Source: Mobula hypostoma
Lineage: Eukaryota
Assembly: GCF_963921235.1 (NCBI RefSeq)
Contig: NC_086108.1
Span: 51,586,001 to 51,650,000 of the forward strand
Length of the DNA: 64,000 bases
Direction of reading: 5' to 3'
Each line of letters begins with the position of its first letter. Position 1 is the stretch's first letter. This document shows positions 27,531-39,969 of the stretch, piece by piece. The notes below the pieces were generated by a model. The model was not told the origin of the DNA. It was given only the letters and a program-made list of their open reading frames with translations, and ran no database searches. The position numbers and the translations under genes are program-made.

Positions 27531-28514
27531 CTGAAAGGGACAGCCATTTAAAGAGTGCAGAAGAAATCTGGCCTTATCAAGAAAGATGTGAAGGTAAATG
27601 ACATCACTGGAAACTATATTCTGTATATTATGCTATCAGAGCTATCACTTAATAAAATTCAAGAATAAAAATGAGCGAAGTTGCATTCAATTAAAAAAAT
27701 AATATCTGTAGAAGCATTAATACACCATTAAATTGCAGACAGAGCGTAATATTTGATAAGAGAATTTGATATGGAGTTCAACCAACTCTAGTAAAATAGT
27801 TAACAACGTGTTTTCTAAGATCAGAATATGTGTATAAATTTTCTCAGCACCAGAAAAATTTTCATTTTGTTTTTGAATATATTGTATTTATTGTATTTCC
27901 TCACAACATAGGGTTGGAAATAATGGTGGAAAGAATGAGCAGCTCCAAATTTCTAGGTGTCAGCATCGCAGAGGATCTGTCTTGAGCCTAACACATTGGT
28001 GCAATCATGAAGAAAGCATACTTAGTGGCTCTACTTCATTAAGATATTGCATGTCACCAAAGGCTCTTGCAAATGTCTGCAGGAGTACGCTGGAGAGCAT
28101 TCTGACTGGTTGCATCACAGCCTGGTATGGAGCTTCCAAAGCAAGAGGCTGCAGAGGGTTGTAGACTTAGCCAGTTCCATCATTGACACAACCCTGCCTG
28201 CCATCAAGAACATCTTCAAGAGCCAGATCCTCAAGAAGGTAATATCCATCACTGAAGACTCTCATCATCCAATACATTACCACCATCGGAGAGGAGGTAC
28301 AGGAGACTGAAGACCCACACTCAATATTTTATGAACAGCTTTTTCTCCTCCACCATCAGATTTATGAACAGTTCATGAACCTGTAAAAACTATTTTTCAC
28401 TTTGCCTTCTGCATTATTAATTACAGCAGTAACAATAGTTATTACTGTAACTCATATTAATCTTTTTTCTCTTGTACTGTGCTGCCGCGCAAAACAGAAA
28501 TTTCACAATATATG

Positions 28515-29136
28515 CAACACACAACAAAGTTGTTGGTGAATGCAGCAGGCCAGGCAGCATCTCTAGGAAGAGATACAGTCGACGTTTCAGGTCGAGACCC
28601 TTCGTCAGGACTAACTGAAAAAAGAGCTAGTAAAAGATTTGAAAAGGGGAGGGGGAGGGGGAGATCCAAAATGATAGGAGAAGACAGGAGGGGGAGGGAT
28701 GGAGCCAAGAGCTGGACAGGTGATTGGCAAAAGGGATATGAGTGGATCATGGGACAGGAGGCCTAGGGAGAAGGAAAAGGGGGAGGAGGGGATAAACCAG
28801 AGGATGGGCAAGGGGTATAGTGAGAGGGACAGAGGGAGAAAAAGGAGAGAGAGAGAAAAAGAATGTGTGTATATAAATAAATAATGGATGGGGTATAAGG
28901 GGGAGGTGGGGCATTAGCGGAAGTTAGAGAAGTCAATGTTCATGCCATCAGGTTGGAGGCTACCCAGACGGAATATAAGGTGTTGTTCTTCCAACCTGAG
29001 TGTGGCTTCATCTTTACAGTAGAGGAGGCCGTGGACAGACATATCAGAATGGGAATGGGACATGGAATTAAAACGTGTGGCCACTTTGATGTGTGTTGCT
29101 TGAATTTCCAGAATCTGCAGATTTCCTCGTGTTTGC
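28515..29136 (-). mobile_element. Non-autonomous Penelope-like element with GIY-YIG C-terminal remnant
   Basis: ORF 28914-29138: VATRFNSMSHSHSDMSVHGL...RLEEQHLIFRLGSLQPDGMN (PLE GIY-YIG C-terminus); TSD ATTTCACAATATATG at 28500-28514 and 29137-29151; short inverted segment 29083-29136. Confidence 0.9.
28577..28612 (-). ncRNA. Minimal type I hammerhead ribozyme motif in PLE
   Basis: Minus strand AGTC-CTGACGA-AGGGTCTCGACCT-GAAAC-GTC-GACT: intact CUGANGA/GAAA core, stem I AGTC:GACT, stem II AGG:CCT, palindromic ACGT in place of stem III. Confidence 0.75.
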
Positions 29137-29199
29137 ATTTCACAATATATGTCAGTGAGAATAAACCCGATTCTGGTTTATTCAGCTCACTGAATCAGT

Positions 29200-29400
29200 A
29201 GTAAATCTCAGAGAAATCCCATTCCCTCACTTATATCCAGTAACCTATTCTTTCTCACTATGCCTTTCAACTATTCATCTACCACCCAACTACATCGTCA
29301 GAGCGAGAATGTGCAGATTCCACAAAGACAGCACCAGAGGTCAGGATCGCGCCTCATTTGCTGGAGCTGTAAGGCAGCAGCACTACCTGCTACACAACTA
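29200..29400 (-). mobile_element. Degenerate tRNA-derived V-SINE-like element
   Basis: ACAGCACCAGAGGTCAGGATC...GCTGGAGCTGTAAGGCAGCAGCACTACC resembles an antisense SINE head (A/B boxes). Confidence 0.45.
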
Positions 29401-30229
29401 GATCGCCAACTTGAAGCAATTTCTGAAAATGTAAATATTAGGTTGCACATTACTGGCCACACTAACAATACTTCAATTCAAAATCATGTACTCTCCACCT
29501 ACGTACCCTTAATTTAGCAACATTACCTTTTTGCAAGCAAAGGGTCAACTTCATCTCAGGTAGTACAATGCTAAATACTGAGATTCCACTGTTCCCCTTG
29601 TTTTCTTCTTGTAGCACTTGTTCCAGGTAATGCATGAAAATTTTTTAAATGATTATGGTCAGATAAAGTAAGTAGATAGTTCTTATTACATGGACTTGTA
29701 ATGCTACTTATATCTCAACTTTATGCATTGAGAGAATGGCATTAACTAAAATGTTGGATTCTCTGTAAATTCAAAATTAATGTGTAGGAGTCAAGAATCT
29801 CAAATGTCAGTCTACAGCATTCTGATTGCACTGGGATCACCAATAAATTTCAATATTAATTCTACTGGAATCTACAGAGTCAAGCACTCAGTTGCTTGGG
29901 ATTGGAGGTGACCTTCACACAACAGGCTCATCACGTACATGTGTCCATTCCAGCAACTTGGCATTAAAAATTGAAGGGGCTGGAGTCATGATGGAAAATC
30001 TGTTATTGTATACTGCTAAGGATGCAATCCATGGAACTTTGGTAGAAAACGCTAATTAACACAAACGTGGGCCGCAACAGTTAATTGGGAGAGCAACTAG
30101 AAAAATTCCTGTTTGTTAAAGAAAACTACAATTCTATCAGTTTTTTTGTACATAATACTTCTAGAGTTCCCTCTAAAAGCTACAACTTAAATATATCATG
30201 AGCATCTGTTAACACACATGTATTTTTTG

Positions 30230-30860
30230 TTCAGGAACAGTTATTACCCTACGAACTCCTGAATCAGCACAGATAACTTCACTCACTTCAATACGGAACT
30301 GAGTTCACAGCCCATCATTTGTAAGGATACTACAACTCATGCTCTCAGTATTATTTATTTATTTTTTATTGCTTATTGGCACGATTTGTCCTCTTTTACA
30401 CATTGCATGTTTGTCAGTCCTGTATTTTCCTGTAAATGCCTGCAACAAAATGAATTTCAAGGTGTGTGTGTTTGTGTGGGGCCAGCCTCCGGCGGTCGTG
30501 GTCAACCATGGGTACTGCGCCTCTGGTAGTCGCTGGTTTGTCGAGCAGCGTCGACTGTGGCTATTGAGGCCGATCCTGGAACGGCAGGCTCTGCCACAGT
30601 TGCTGCATGTGTAGGGCGTCGTGGAATTGTTGTCTGCTGTCCGCTGTGCCCTCCATTTAGCTCGCTGCTCCTCAAACTGACTCAGGATCACTCGTTCACC
30701 TTGCTCTAGGTGCTGCTGAAGAGTACCTCGCCATTAGTTGCGGTCATCTGCTGTATCCGCTCAGCACTCTGTGTTGATTTTTAAGGCTGTTGATCTGCTG
30801 TATCTCAAGGTAGTATATGGTGATATATACTATTTTGATAATGAATTTACTTTGAACTGT
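30230..30860 (+). mobile_element. Rex1/Babar-like 3' tail, split by an RTE
   Basis: TTCAGGAACAGTTATTACCC...GATAATGAATTTACTTTGAACT tail; contiguous across the 7-bp TSD TCAAGGT (30457-30463 / 30805-30811). Confidence 0.55.
30464..30804 (-). mobile_element. 5'-truncated RTE (BovB-like) LINE
   Basis: ORF 30359-30691 ends YTCSNCGRACRSRIGLNSHSRRCS (RTE C-terminal zinc finger); (CA)n tail; TSD TCAAGGT. Confidence 0.85.
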
Positions 30861-31299
30861 ACCAGCAATTAGTAAAGGAAACATTATATTCCATCAGCCA
30901 ATTCACTGTTATTGTGTCAATCTCATTTATTTCCAGTGTTGATGTCCAGCATCCTGCTCAATAGCAATAGTGTGGAACAAATGATGCTGGAAATACTTGG
31001 CAAGTTATGCAACATCAGAACTGCCAAAGTGAGAATACATTTTCGCGGGAAATTGAGAAAACAAACTAAATTATTTAGGTTTATTTCTCTTTTACACATA
31101 TGCTGTCTGAGCTATTGAGTGTTTCCAGCTTTTTCTGCTTTCATTTCTAAGTTTCAGTTTTGTTTTGATGTTCACAGAATTCTATAAATGAGAATTTAAT
31201 GATAAATTGCAAATATTAATTAATGTTTTAGTGATTTAAAAAAACTTACCAGACAGCCCAAAAAAATAGTCACCATTTTCTTCCAAAAACATAAAAGCT

Positions 31300-31710
31300 A
31301 CTATACATTACAAAAACAAATAGTGCAAAACACAAATAATGAGGTGGTATTCATGGGTTCATGGACCATTCAGAAATTTGATGGCAGAGGGAAAGAAGCT
31401 GTTCCTAAAAGGTTCAGTGCGGGTCTTCAGACTCCTGTACCTTTGCCCCAATGGCAGTAATGAGAAGAGTGCATGTACCAAATGGTGACGTCTCTTAATA
31501 TGGATGAAGCACCGCCCTTAGAAGATATCCTCGGTGGTGGGGAGACTTGCAGTCATGATGGAACTGGTTGAATCTACAACTCTTTGCAGCTTCTTCTGAT
31601 CCTGTGCATTGGAGCTTCCATATATAATCAGTCAGAACGCTCTCCACCATACATCTGTAAAACTTTGCAAAAGCCTTTGGTAACAGACCAAATCTCAGCA
31701 CATGTGACAA
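31300..31710 (-). mobile_element. Rex1/Babar LINE fragment
   Basis: ORF 31495-31755: LRFGLLPKAFAKFYRCMVESVLT. Confidence 0.75.
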
Positions 31711-32547
31711 TAATAAATCAATAAAACAAGATAAGGTATTAATTATGGAGACCAAAACACTTTCAATTTTGTGTATTCAGCATTATCATCATCTGTACAG
31801 TTAGGGCAAATATAAAATTTTTACTTATGACATTCTCTTACCTTTCCTAGTTTGGTGCCAATTTTAGCTTCAGGTTTTAAACTACTCGAACTAAATTAGA
31901 GTTGCCAAACCCATTGACCCATGAGTTAAAATACGAAGAGGATTATGAACCAAGATTAAACACTATTGTGAAACAAACTGCACCTTCCAATCTTTCCACT
32001 GAACACAGTTCTACTCCATAGGTTACTTCAAATGAGCTCTGTGCCTGTGAGCGGGGTAGGTAGCATGATCCAAGAGGCAGTGCTGAAGGACCCTCAGTTT
32101 TCCCAACAGGTCTGAAATAGTTGCTGTCTGTGATGTTGAGAGTGGAGCTGTAGGAAGGATAAGCAACCAAACCATGGTACTGTGGTTCAGGGAATCATCC
32201 AAGAGAGTGGAGAGAAAAGAAATATAGTTGTAACTAGCATAGCAGGGGAGTAGACACAATTCTCTGTTGCAAGGGTTAAGGCTCCCGAAGGAAATGCTGT
32301 GTGCCTGGTGCATGGGTTCAGGGCATCTCATCTGACCTGAAGAGGAATTTGGAGTGGGAGGGGAAAGAGCCAGTTGTGGTGGTCCATATGGGTACCAACA
32401 ATGTGAGAAGAACCAAGAAAGAGGCTCTGCTAAGTGAACTCGAGCAGCAAGGGACTAAATTTAAAGATAAAACCAAAAAGGTCACAATTTCTGGATTGTT
32501 GCTTGAGCCACATGCAAATTGATACAGGGTTATTTAGATCAAGGAGC

Positions 32548-33033
32548 TCAAAATCAGAATCAGGTTTAATATCACTGACATACGCCAGAAAATTTGTTGG
32601 TTTGCAGCAGTATTACAGTGCAATAGATAAAAATATCATACAATAAGAAATATATTCAGTATATGTAAAATTAAACTAAATTAGTAGTGTGAAATGAGAG
32701 AAAAAATAGTGAGCTAGTGTTCATGAATTAGTTCATTGTCCATTCGGAAATCTGATGTTGGAGAGGAAAAAGCTGTTCATAAAATGTTGAGTGTGTGTCT
32801 TCAGGCTTCTGTACTCCATCTTTGATGGGAGTAATAAGATGAGAGTATGTCTTGAGTGATGGGGTCTTTAATTGTGGATTCTGTCTTTTTAAGGCATTGA
32901 TTTTTGAAGATATTATCTATGCTGGGGAGGCTAGTGCCCATGATAGAGCTGGATAAGTTGGCAACACTCTGCATCTTTTTCCAATCCTGTGCAGTTGCCC
33001 CTCCATACCAGACAGTGATGCAACCAGTCAGAA
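32548..33033 (-). mobile_element. Rex1/Babar LINE 3' fragment inserted in CR1 ORF1
   Basis: ORF 32801-33052: LTGCITVWYGGATAQDWKKMQSV; tail reads AATCAGAATCAGGTTTAAT on +; CR1 ORF1 resumes at about 33037. Confidence 0.8.
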
Positions 33034-33225
33034 AATTAAATGTGTGGTTCAAAGATTGACATGAGAGACGTGGGTTTGATTTTGTGCGACATTGGCACTA
33101 TTGGGAAGGAGGGAGCGGTTCTGATGGGATGGGCTCTCCCTGTACCATGCTGGGACCAGGATCCTGGTGAACTGCATAACCAAGGTTGTGGATAGTAGTG
33201 GGGGTGGACTCAACAGCTTGGAAAA

Positions 33226-33618
33226 GTAGTAGTAGGCAGCTGTCAATCCCAGGGGATCACGGGTTTGCACCTCTGGTGGACTGTGTCCTCTCCAGGGCGC
33301 AAGCCTGGGCAGGAAGATTTGAAGGACCGGCGGTTGCCCATGCAGCTGGTTCCCTCTCTCCACGTCACTGATGTAGTCCAAGGGAAGGGCAAGCACTGAT
33401 ACAGCTTGGCACCAGTGAATTCGCAGAGATTGCCAGAGTGAAGCTGTAAACAAAATCAAACTGCCTTAGGGACCCCGGCTTCAGATTTCTTCCTCGAGGT
33501 TTACTCCCAAGGCCTTCCCATGGGCAGGTATGGCCGCAAGGCAGCAGAGGTTTAAGATCAGAGTTTTCCTTCTCCGAGGTGGCCTGCCATCCAAGGCTGA
33601 CGAGCCCCACCTGCCCGA
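33226..33618 (-). mobile_element. Short non-autonomous RTE-derived element (5'UTR joined to 3' end)
   Basis: Minus strand begins TCGGGCAGGTGGGGCTCGTCAGCC...GGAGAAGGAAAACTC (recalled RTE 5'UTR motif) and ends CCAGAGGTGCAAACCCGTG...(CTA)n, similar to the RTE 3' end at 30464-30530. Confidence 0.6.
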
Positions 33619-36099
33619 ATTGGAGACGTATAAATAAAGTAAAAGGGAAGAAGAGTGCAGGAGAGGTCACTGAACTAGAATAAAGAATGAGACAAAAAGT
33701 TTAGAAAGCGATAGGAATTTAACTTCAGGCAACATGGAGACAAAATTGAAAAGAAAAATGGTGAAATAATGTGAATGAGCTTGTATTGCACTTAGAAATT
33801 ATCAGATTGACATTGTGGACATTAGAGTCATAGTTGACAGAAGATCACAGTTGGGAACTACACATCCAAGGAAACGCATCATATCATATATGGTGGGCAA
33901 AGGGGATTGGGTGGTGTTTTTGGTTAAAAAACCAAATCCTAAGTCAAGAAGATGTAGAAACCTTGTGGGTAAAGTTAAGAAACAGCAAGTGGAAAAAAGA
34001 CCCTGATGGGAGTTATATACAGGCCTCCAAACAGCAGCTAGAATGTGGGGGACAAATTACAAATTAAGAAAATCAGGCTGGTGCTGCATCCCAAGACAAG
34101 GGATTTGTAGAATGACTACAAGATGGCTCTTTAGAGCAGCTTGTAGTTGAGCCAACTAGGGAAAAGTCACTTCTGGTTTGAACTAGATGTAATGTAAAGG
34201 AACCCTTAGGAGACAAGGATCATAATAGATCATAATATGATATAATCACCCTACAGTGTGAGAGGGAGAAGCTAAAATCAGATAAATAGAATCAGTATTT
34301 TGTGTCGGTCTTTGCTGTAAAAGACAACAACAGCGGGCGAGTAAGTGTCAGGAAACTAAGTGAGCATAGTCACTATTATTAAGGAGAAGGTGTTTGGTAA
34401 ACTGAAAGGGTTGAAGGCTGAGAAGTCACTTGGACCAGATGGACTACACCCCAGGGTTCTGAAAGAGATAGCTGAAGAGATTGTGGAGGCATTAGTAGAG
34501 ATCTTCAAGAATCAGGTGATTCAGAATGGCTCTGGAAGATGGGAATATATCAAATGTCACTCCACTCTTTAACAAGGGAGGTAGGCAAAAGGAAATTATA
34601 GGCCAGTTAGCCCCTGAAGTCAGAGATTGGCAAGATATCACAGGATGTTAAAGGTGAGGTTTTGGCATACTTGGAGACACATGATAAAATAAATTGAAGT
34701 CAGCATAGTTTCCTTAAGGAGAAATCTTGCCTGATAATCTTTTGGAATTCTTTGAGGAAGTAACAGGCAGGATAGACAAAAAGGAAAACAGCAGATGTTA
34801 ACTTGGATTTTCAGAAGACCTTTCACGAAGTGCCACACATGAGGCTGCTAAACACAATGAGAGGCCATGGTATTATAGGAAAGATACTAGCAAGGACAAA
34901 AGATTGACTGACTAGCAGAAGGCAGAGAGTAGGAGTAATGGGGACCTTTTCTGGTTGGTTGTCAGTAAATAGTGGTGTTCTGCAGGGGTCGCTGTTGCAT
35001 CTGCTACTTTTCATATTATATGTTAATTATCTAGATGATGCCACTGATGTTAATGATTAGAACTGATAGAATTTTGGAATAGTTTGAAAATGATACAAAG
35101 ATAGGTGGAGAGGCAGGTGGTGCTGATAAAGCCAGGAGTCTGAAGAAGGTTAGGAGAATGGGGAAAGAAGTGACAGATAGAATACAGTGTAAGGAAGTAC
35201 ATGGTCATGCACTTTGGTAGACGCAATCATGGCATAGACTATTTATTCTAAGCAGAGAGCAAATTCAGAAATCGGAGATGCAAAGAGACTTCGGGAATCT
35301 TGTGCAAGGTTCCCTAAAAGTTAACTTGGAGGTTGAGTTGTTAGTAAGGAGGACAAATGCAATGTTAGCATTCATTTCAAGAGGACTGGAATATAAAAGC
35401 AAGGATGTAATGCTGTGGCTTTAGAAGGCATTGGTCGGACCATATTTAGAGTATTGTGAGCAGCTTTGGGCTCAATATCTAAGAAAGGATGTGTTAACAT
35501 TGAAGACGATCCAGCAGAGGTTTACGAGAATGATCCTGGGAATTAAAGGGTTAACATGTGATGGGCTTTTGAAGCCTCTGGGCCTGTACTTACTGGAGTT
35601 AAGAAGGAGGAGGTGGCATATTATTGAAACCTGCCAAATATAGAAAAGGCCTAAACAGAGTGGACGTTGAGAGGACATTCCCAAGAGAGTCTATGACTAG
35701 AGGTAACTGCCTCAAAATACAACTATGTCCCTTTTGAACAGAGATGAAGAGCAATTTCTTCAGACAGAGGGTGGTGTATCTGTAGAATTCATTGCCACAG
35801 ACAGCTTGGAGATGAAGTCATTGGCTATATTTAATGCAAGGTTGATAGGATCTTGATTAGTAAGGGTGTCAAAGATTATGGGGAGAAGGTAGGAGAATAG
35901 GTTTGAAAGGGAAAATAAATCAGCAGTGATCAAATGGGGGAGCAAACTAGATCGGTTGAACGACCTAAATCTGCTCCTATATATTATGGTCGTACGTCAC
36001 CATTCAAAGGAATTAGTTTACATTGGACTGAAGCGATAGGATTGTGGTTACATACTTTCCTTACTGTATTGTTATAACTCATATTATTTTGTCTGATAA

Positions 36100-36745
36100 C
36101 ACACAGTCAAGAAAGGTCACCCATGCCTCTACTTTCAGAGAAGGCTGAAGAGAGCTGGGCTTTACACATCCATCCTCCTGTCATTCAGCTGATGCGCAGT
36201 AGAGAGTATCCTGACAGGCTGCATCACTGCATGGTGCAGCCACTGCACTGTGGCAGACAGAAAAACTCTACGACAGGTAGTCAAAGCTGCCCAAACCATC
36301 ACTGGCACCAACCTACCCACCATCAAGGATATAAATACAGAAAAATGCCGGAAAAGGGCCAGTAACATCATGAAAGATCCCACACTTCCTGCTGTTTGTC
36401 CCACTCCCGTCAGTGAGGAGGCTATGTAACATCCATGCCAGGACCACCATTCTCAAAAACAACTTCGCAAAGAGCAGTAAGTCTGATCAACACCTCCACT
36501 CACTAACTCCACCACTACTTTATTATTTCCCATCAATCTCCTTATGTTCAGGTCAGCGTCACTTTACAGACATGCAATTAATCTATGTATATACACTATC
36601 TTATGTATTTATATATGTTCAGCAATTATTGTGCTCTTTATCTTTTGTGGGGTTTTTTTGTGCTGCATTGGATCCGGAGTAACATTTGTTTCATTCTCCT
36701 TACACTTGTGTGCAGGGAATGACATTAAACTATCTTCAATCTTGA
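36100..36745 (+). mobile_element. Rex1/Babar LINE 3' fragment
   Basis: ESILTGCITAWC...DRKTLRQVVKAAQTITGTNLP motif and tail ending GACATTAAACTATCTTCAATCTTGAA. Confidence 0.8.
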
Positions 36746-37194
36746 ATGCAGTTACTTCCATTGTTGTTTACTCAGATCACCTTCAATTACAAGACTTAGC
36801 ACAATCACAAAGTCACATTATTAATTCTTAAATGCATTATAATTTGCAAAAATGTTGACAAATTTGGAGAGGGCAGTGCAATATTCATCATGAAAAGAGC
36901 TGGAAAATTTGTGAAATAGATAAACACACACAAATATTCCACATGTTGCCCTCAAGCCTTCAACTACTGAGGAAACTATCTTGGAAAAAACATTTCATTA
37001 TCTTTTTCTGGGAATCCAACAACAAATTGAATAAACCACTTAACCTTTTCTTTAAAATATTTAAAATTTTAGAATTAGAAATCAACCCCTTTCTTAAGAA
37101 AATAAACCTTGCACCATTCTAACATGGTATATGCAATCCTGTGGGAATAACAAAAAACGATAACAGTTATTACATTGCTACCAGGTTTAACACC

Positions 37195-37207
37195 TGACCT
37201 TTGACCT
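37195..37207 (-). promoter_or_regulatory. Perfect DR1 nuclear-receptor element (AGGTCA-A-AGGTCA) in non-repetitive intronic DNA
   Basis: TGACCTTTGACCT on +; function not demonstrated. Confidence 0.35.
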
Positions 37208-38408
37208 TAAGGCTGCACAGATCAGGGGTTAATGTAAGACGAAGGCTGGAGCCAGAAAGAACAGTTATCCCTGAGGGAGTCTGAGAATGTGATAAAAATG
37301 GGCTATTTTGATTGATTGCTTGAAACAAGAAGTATTAAAAATAAAGAAAAGCAAAGGATATCAAACCTGTACTTAATGGCAATAGAACAATGCACGCACG
37401 TCTTTCATTAGTTTATTTGTACTAAAATATTGTCTAGACAAGCTGTGCCAGTTTTCCTTACTAGGAGGCATGAGATTCAGTGAAAAGAAAAGTTGCTTAT
37501 GAATTTAAAGCTTTCAACTTCATCTTGAGCAATATTTTTGATTTTACTCCATGTACGACCTTCCAAAAACAGGAGTTTATCTCCACAGACAACAGGCTAG
37601 AAATTTCACCATGTCACAAAGGACAAGTTACAGTTGGGGCCACAGGAGAGTACACATTGTGTACAACACTGCATGAGCAAGAAGCGAGATTCCTAGCCCT
37701 TTGATGTTATTATGCACAATAATTCTCAATAATTTAAGAGTTCCCAGTGCCAGAAAAGATGGGACAGTCGTCAGCATGAGCATCTTTCTTCTCTGATACT
37801 CAGGTGGATGTCATGCAAGCCGGGACAAGGATCTGAGCTTTCGGCACAATCCCCAATATTCCCCACACTCTCAAGTAAAGTAGAAGACTTATTTAAAGAA
37901 ATCTGAGAAGCTAATGCATTGAAAATGCTACTGTCGCCTTTGTGGTAGACTCCAGAAGAAAAGTTCAGATGTCCTGTTCCTTTAAGCAGTGGCCTTCCTG
38001 TGTGTCAAATGCCTAGCAACTTCACAGTTTTATATTAATCTCTGATGTTATAAATGCAATGTAAAACATGCCATGTTTTCTATGGAGACATTATTACTTT
38101 TTCTCCAGGCCTTCAGTATGAAGGCCTATCAATTGCTGGGAAAGGATAAATTCAATTTCTTATACAGTACAAAAATGAACTGCCGGGTCACCTAGTCCTA
38201 ATATTTTCAATGCAAATTGCAATATAATTTTCACTTTACAAATGAGATCATTTTTCAATTATTCAAAACTTTATACAATTATCAGAATTATTTAATTCTT
38301 AATTCATATTCAGAAAATTGATGATTGATTTATTCCCTCAGAAGAACTGGCCATAGTTAAACTGGCAGTACTCTTGCCATCGAACCTTAAGCAACATTCT
38401 CATGATTA

Positions 38409-39917
38409 CAGGTGTCCCCTGCTTTTCAAACGTTCGCTTTACGAAACCTCACTGTTACGAAAGACCTACATTAGTACCCTATTTTCACTTTCAGAAGGTG
38501 TTTTCACTGTTACGAAAAAGCTGCCGTTTGCAAGATGAGTTCTATGGTATCAGAAAAGCCTGAAAGAGCTCGTAAGGGTGTTACACTTACGGTAAAACTG
38601 GACATAATTAAGTGTTTTGATCGTGGTGAACGAAGTAAGGAGAACGTGAGTTTGGCTTGCGGAAGCTGACAAACATGATGTTGAAGAGGTTTTGGCATCC
38701 ATCACCAAGAACTGACAGATGAAGAGCTGATGCAATTGGAAGAAAAAAGGATAGCAATCGAAACCGAATGAGTAATGATAAAGTACGACTTTAATTTTGA
38801 AAGGGTACGTCGGTTTAGGGGATATTTGCAGGATGGTTTGAGTCCTTATTAAAGAACGATGTGATAGAAAAATGCGCGAGGCTCAGCAGTCAAGCAAGCC
38901 TTCCACATCAGCTACAGCAGACGACGAACCTCGACCTTCGACATCGAGGCAGGCAGTCATAGGAGAAGATGAGCTGCCTGCTCTAATGGAAACAGGCGAC
39001 GAGATGACACCCCAGTGTCCCACCACCCCAACTCCCAGGCCACAGACAGATACCGATTCGCGGAGAATGCAAAGGTAGCTGGGAGGCACACAGCACATCT
39101 TTAAGAAAAAAGCCGAAATAAACATGCTGATTAATTAGGTGCCACCGACATGTAATTGTCGGCCCAGATCAGAGACGTCGCAATCGGAAATCGGCACTGA
39201 CGGGCGGCACCTAATTAATTAGCATGTTTGTTTCGGCTTTTTTCTTAAAGATGTGCTGTGTACCTCCCGGCTACTGCTGGACTCTTGCGTTCTTCGCAGC
39301 AATGTATCGCTCAGCGGCCTGCAGGGTGGGGGCCACTGCACCACCCAAACTCCGACGACTCAGTGTGCTCGGCACTGTCCCGATTCCTGTAAGTGATACT
39401 ACACTGTACATACATTATTTCTGCTTTATATAGGCTGTGTATTTTTACGTGTTATTTGGTGTAATTTGGCAGCTTCATAGCTTAAAGGTTACTGAGAGCG
39501 CTTGCGCCGTGTTTTTGCCAACAGCGCCTGAGTGAGATTTTTTGCCGACGGCGCTTGCATGAGATTTTCGCTACGGAGAACAGTTCAGTAATGATTGTGA
39601 AAAAGTATTTCTACTTTATATAGGCTGTGTATTTATCATATAATTCCTGCTTTTACTATATGTTACTGTTATTTTAGGTTTTATGTGTTGGTCTCAGCCT
39701 GAAACGTCGACTGCGCCTCTTCCTATAGATGCTGCTTGGCCTGCTGCGTTCACCAGCAACTTTTATGTGTGTTGCTTGGTAGGTTATTTTTGGGTCTGCG
39801 AACGCTCACAAAATTTTCCCATATAAATAAATGGTAATTACTTCTTCGCTTTACGACATTTCGGCTTACAAACCGTTTCATAGGAACGCTCTACCTTCGG
39901 ATGGCGAGGGAAACTCG
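38409..39917 (+). mobile_element. Internally deleted Tigger/pogo (Tc1-mariner superfamily) DNA transposon
   Basis: TA at both flanks; imperfect TIRs CAGGTGTCCCCTGCTTTTCAAA / TTCGGATGGCGAGGGAAACTCG; N-terminal HTH remnant KPERARKGVTLTVKLDIIKCFDRGE and acidic C-terminal remnant ELTDEELMQLEE. Confidence 0.85.
39690..39777 (+). mobile_element. Short PLE terminal fragment inserted in Tigger
   Basis: Near-identical to 42774-42860; truncated inside hammerhead stem II. Confidence 0.75.
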
Positions 39918-39969
39918 TATCACATTCCAATTTGTCCGATCTAGCTATGTGCAACGAGATGATAATATT

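Larger units (their letters stand above)
27925..29175 (+). mobile_element. Rex1/Babar LINE 3' fragment, split by a PLE
   Basis: VERMSSSKFLGV...MSPKALANVCRSTLESILTGCITAWYG (Rex1/Babar RT C-terminus); tail resumes after the 15-bp TSD at 29137 and ends AATAAACCCGATTCTG. Confidence 0.8.
31960..35990 (+). mobile_element. Degenerate near-full-length CR1 LINE (ORF1 SGNH esterase + ORF2 EN/RT), split by two insertions
   Basis: ORF1 PGAWVQ...VVVVHMGTNN...VTISGLL; ORF2 KSLGPDGLHPRVLKE, VGPYLEYCEQLWAQYLRKDVL...IQQRFTRMI; CR1 tail CTGCTCCTATATATTATGGTC. Confidence 0.85.

Noticed and set aside
27446..27593. Plus-strand exon (CAG|TTG...AAG|GTAAAT)
   Set aside because: Stops in all three + frames; the minus-strand exon explains the region.
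29527..31890. Additional minus-strand exon candidates with donors near 29526 and 31841
   Set aside because: Weak or absent acceptors and no phase or peptide support; the flanking exons already join in phase.
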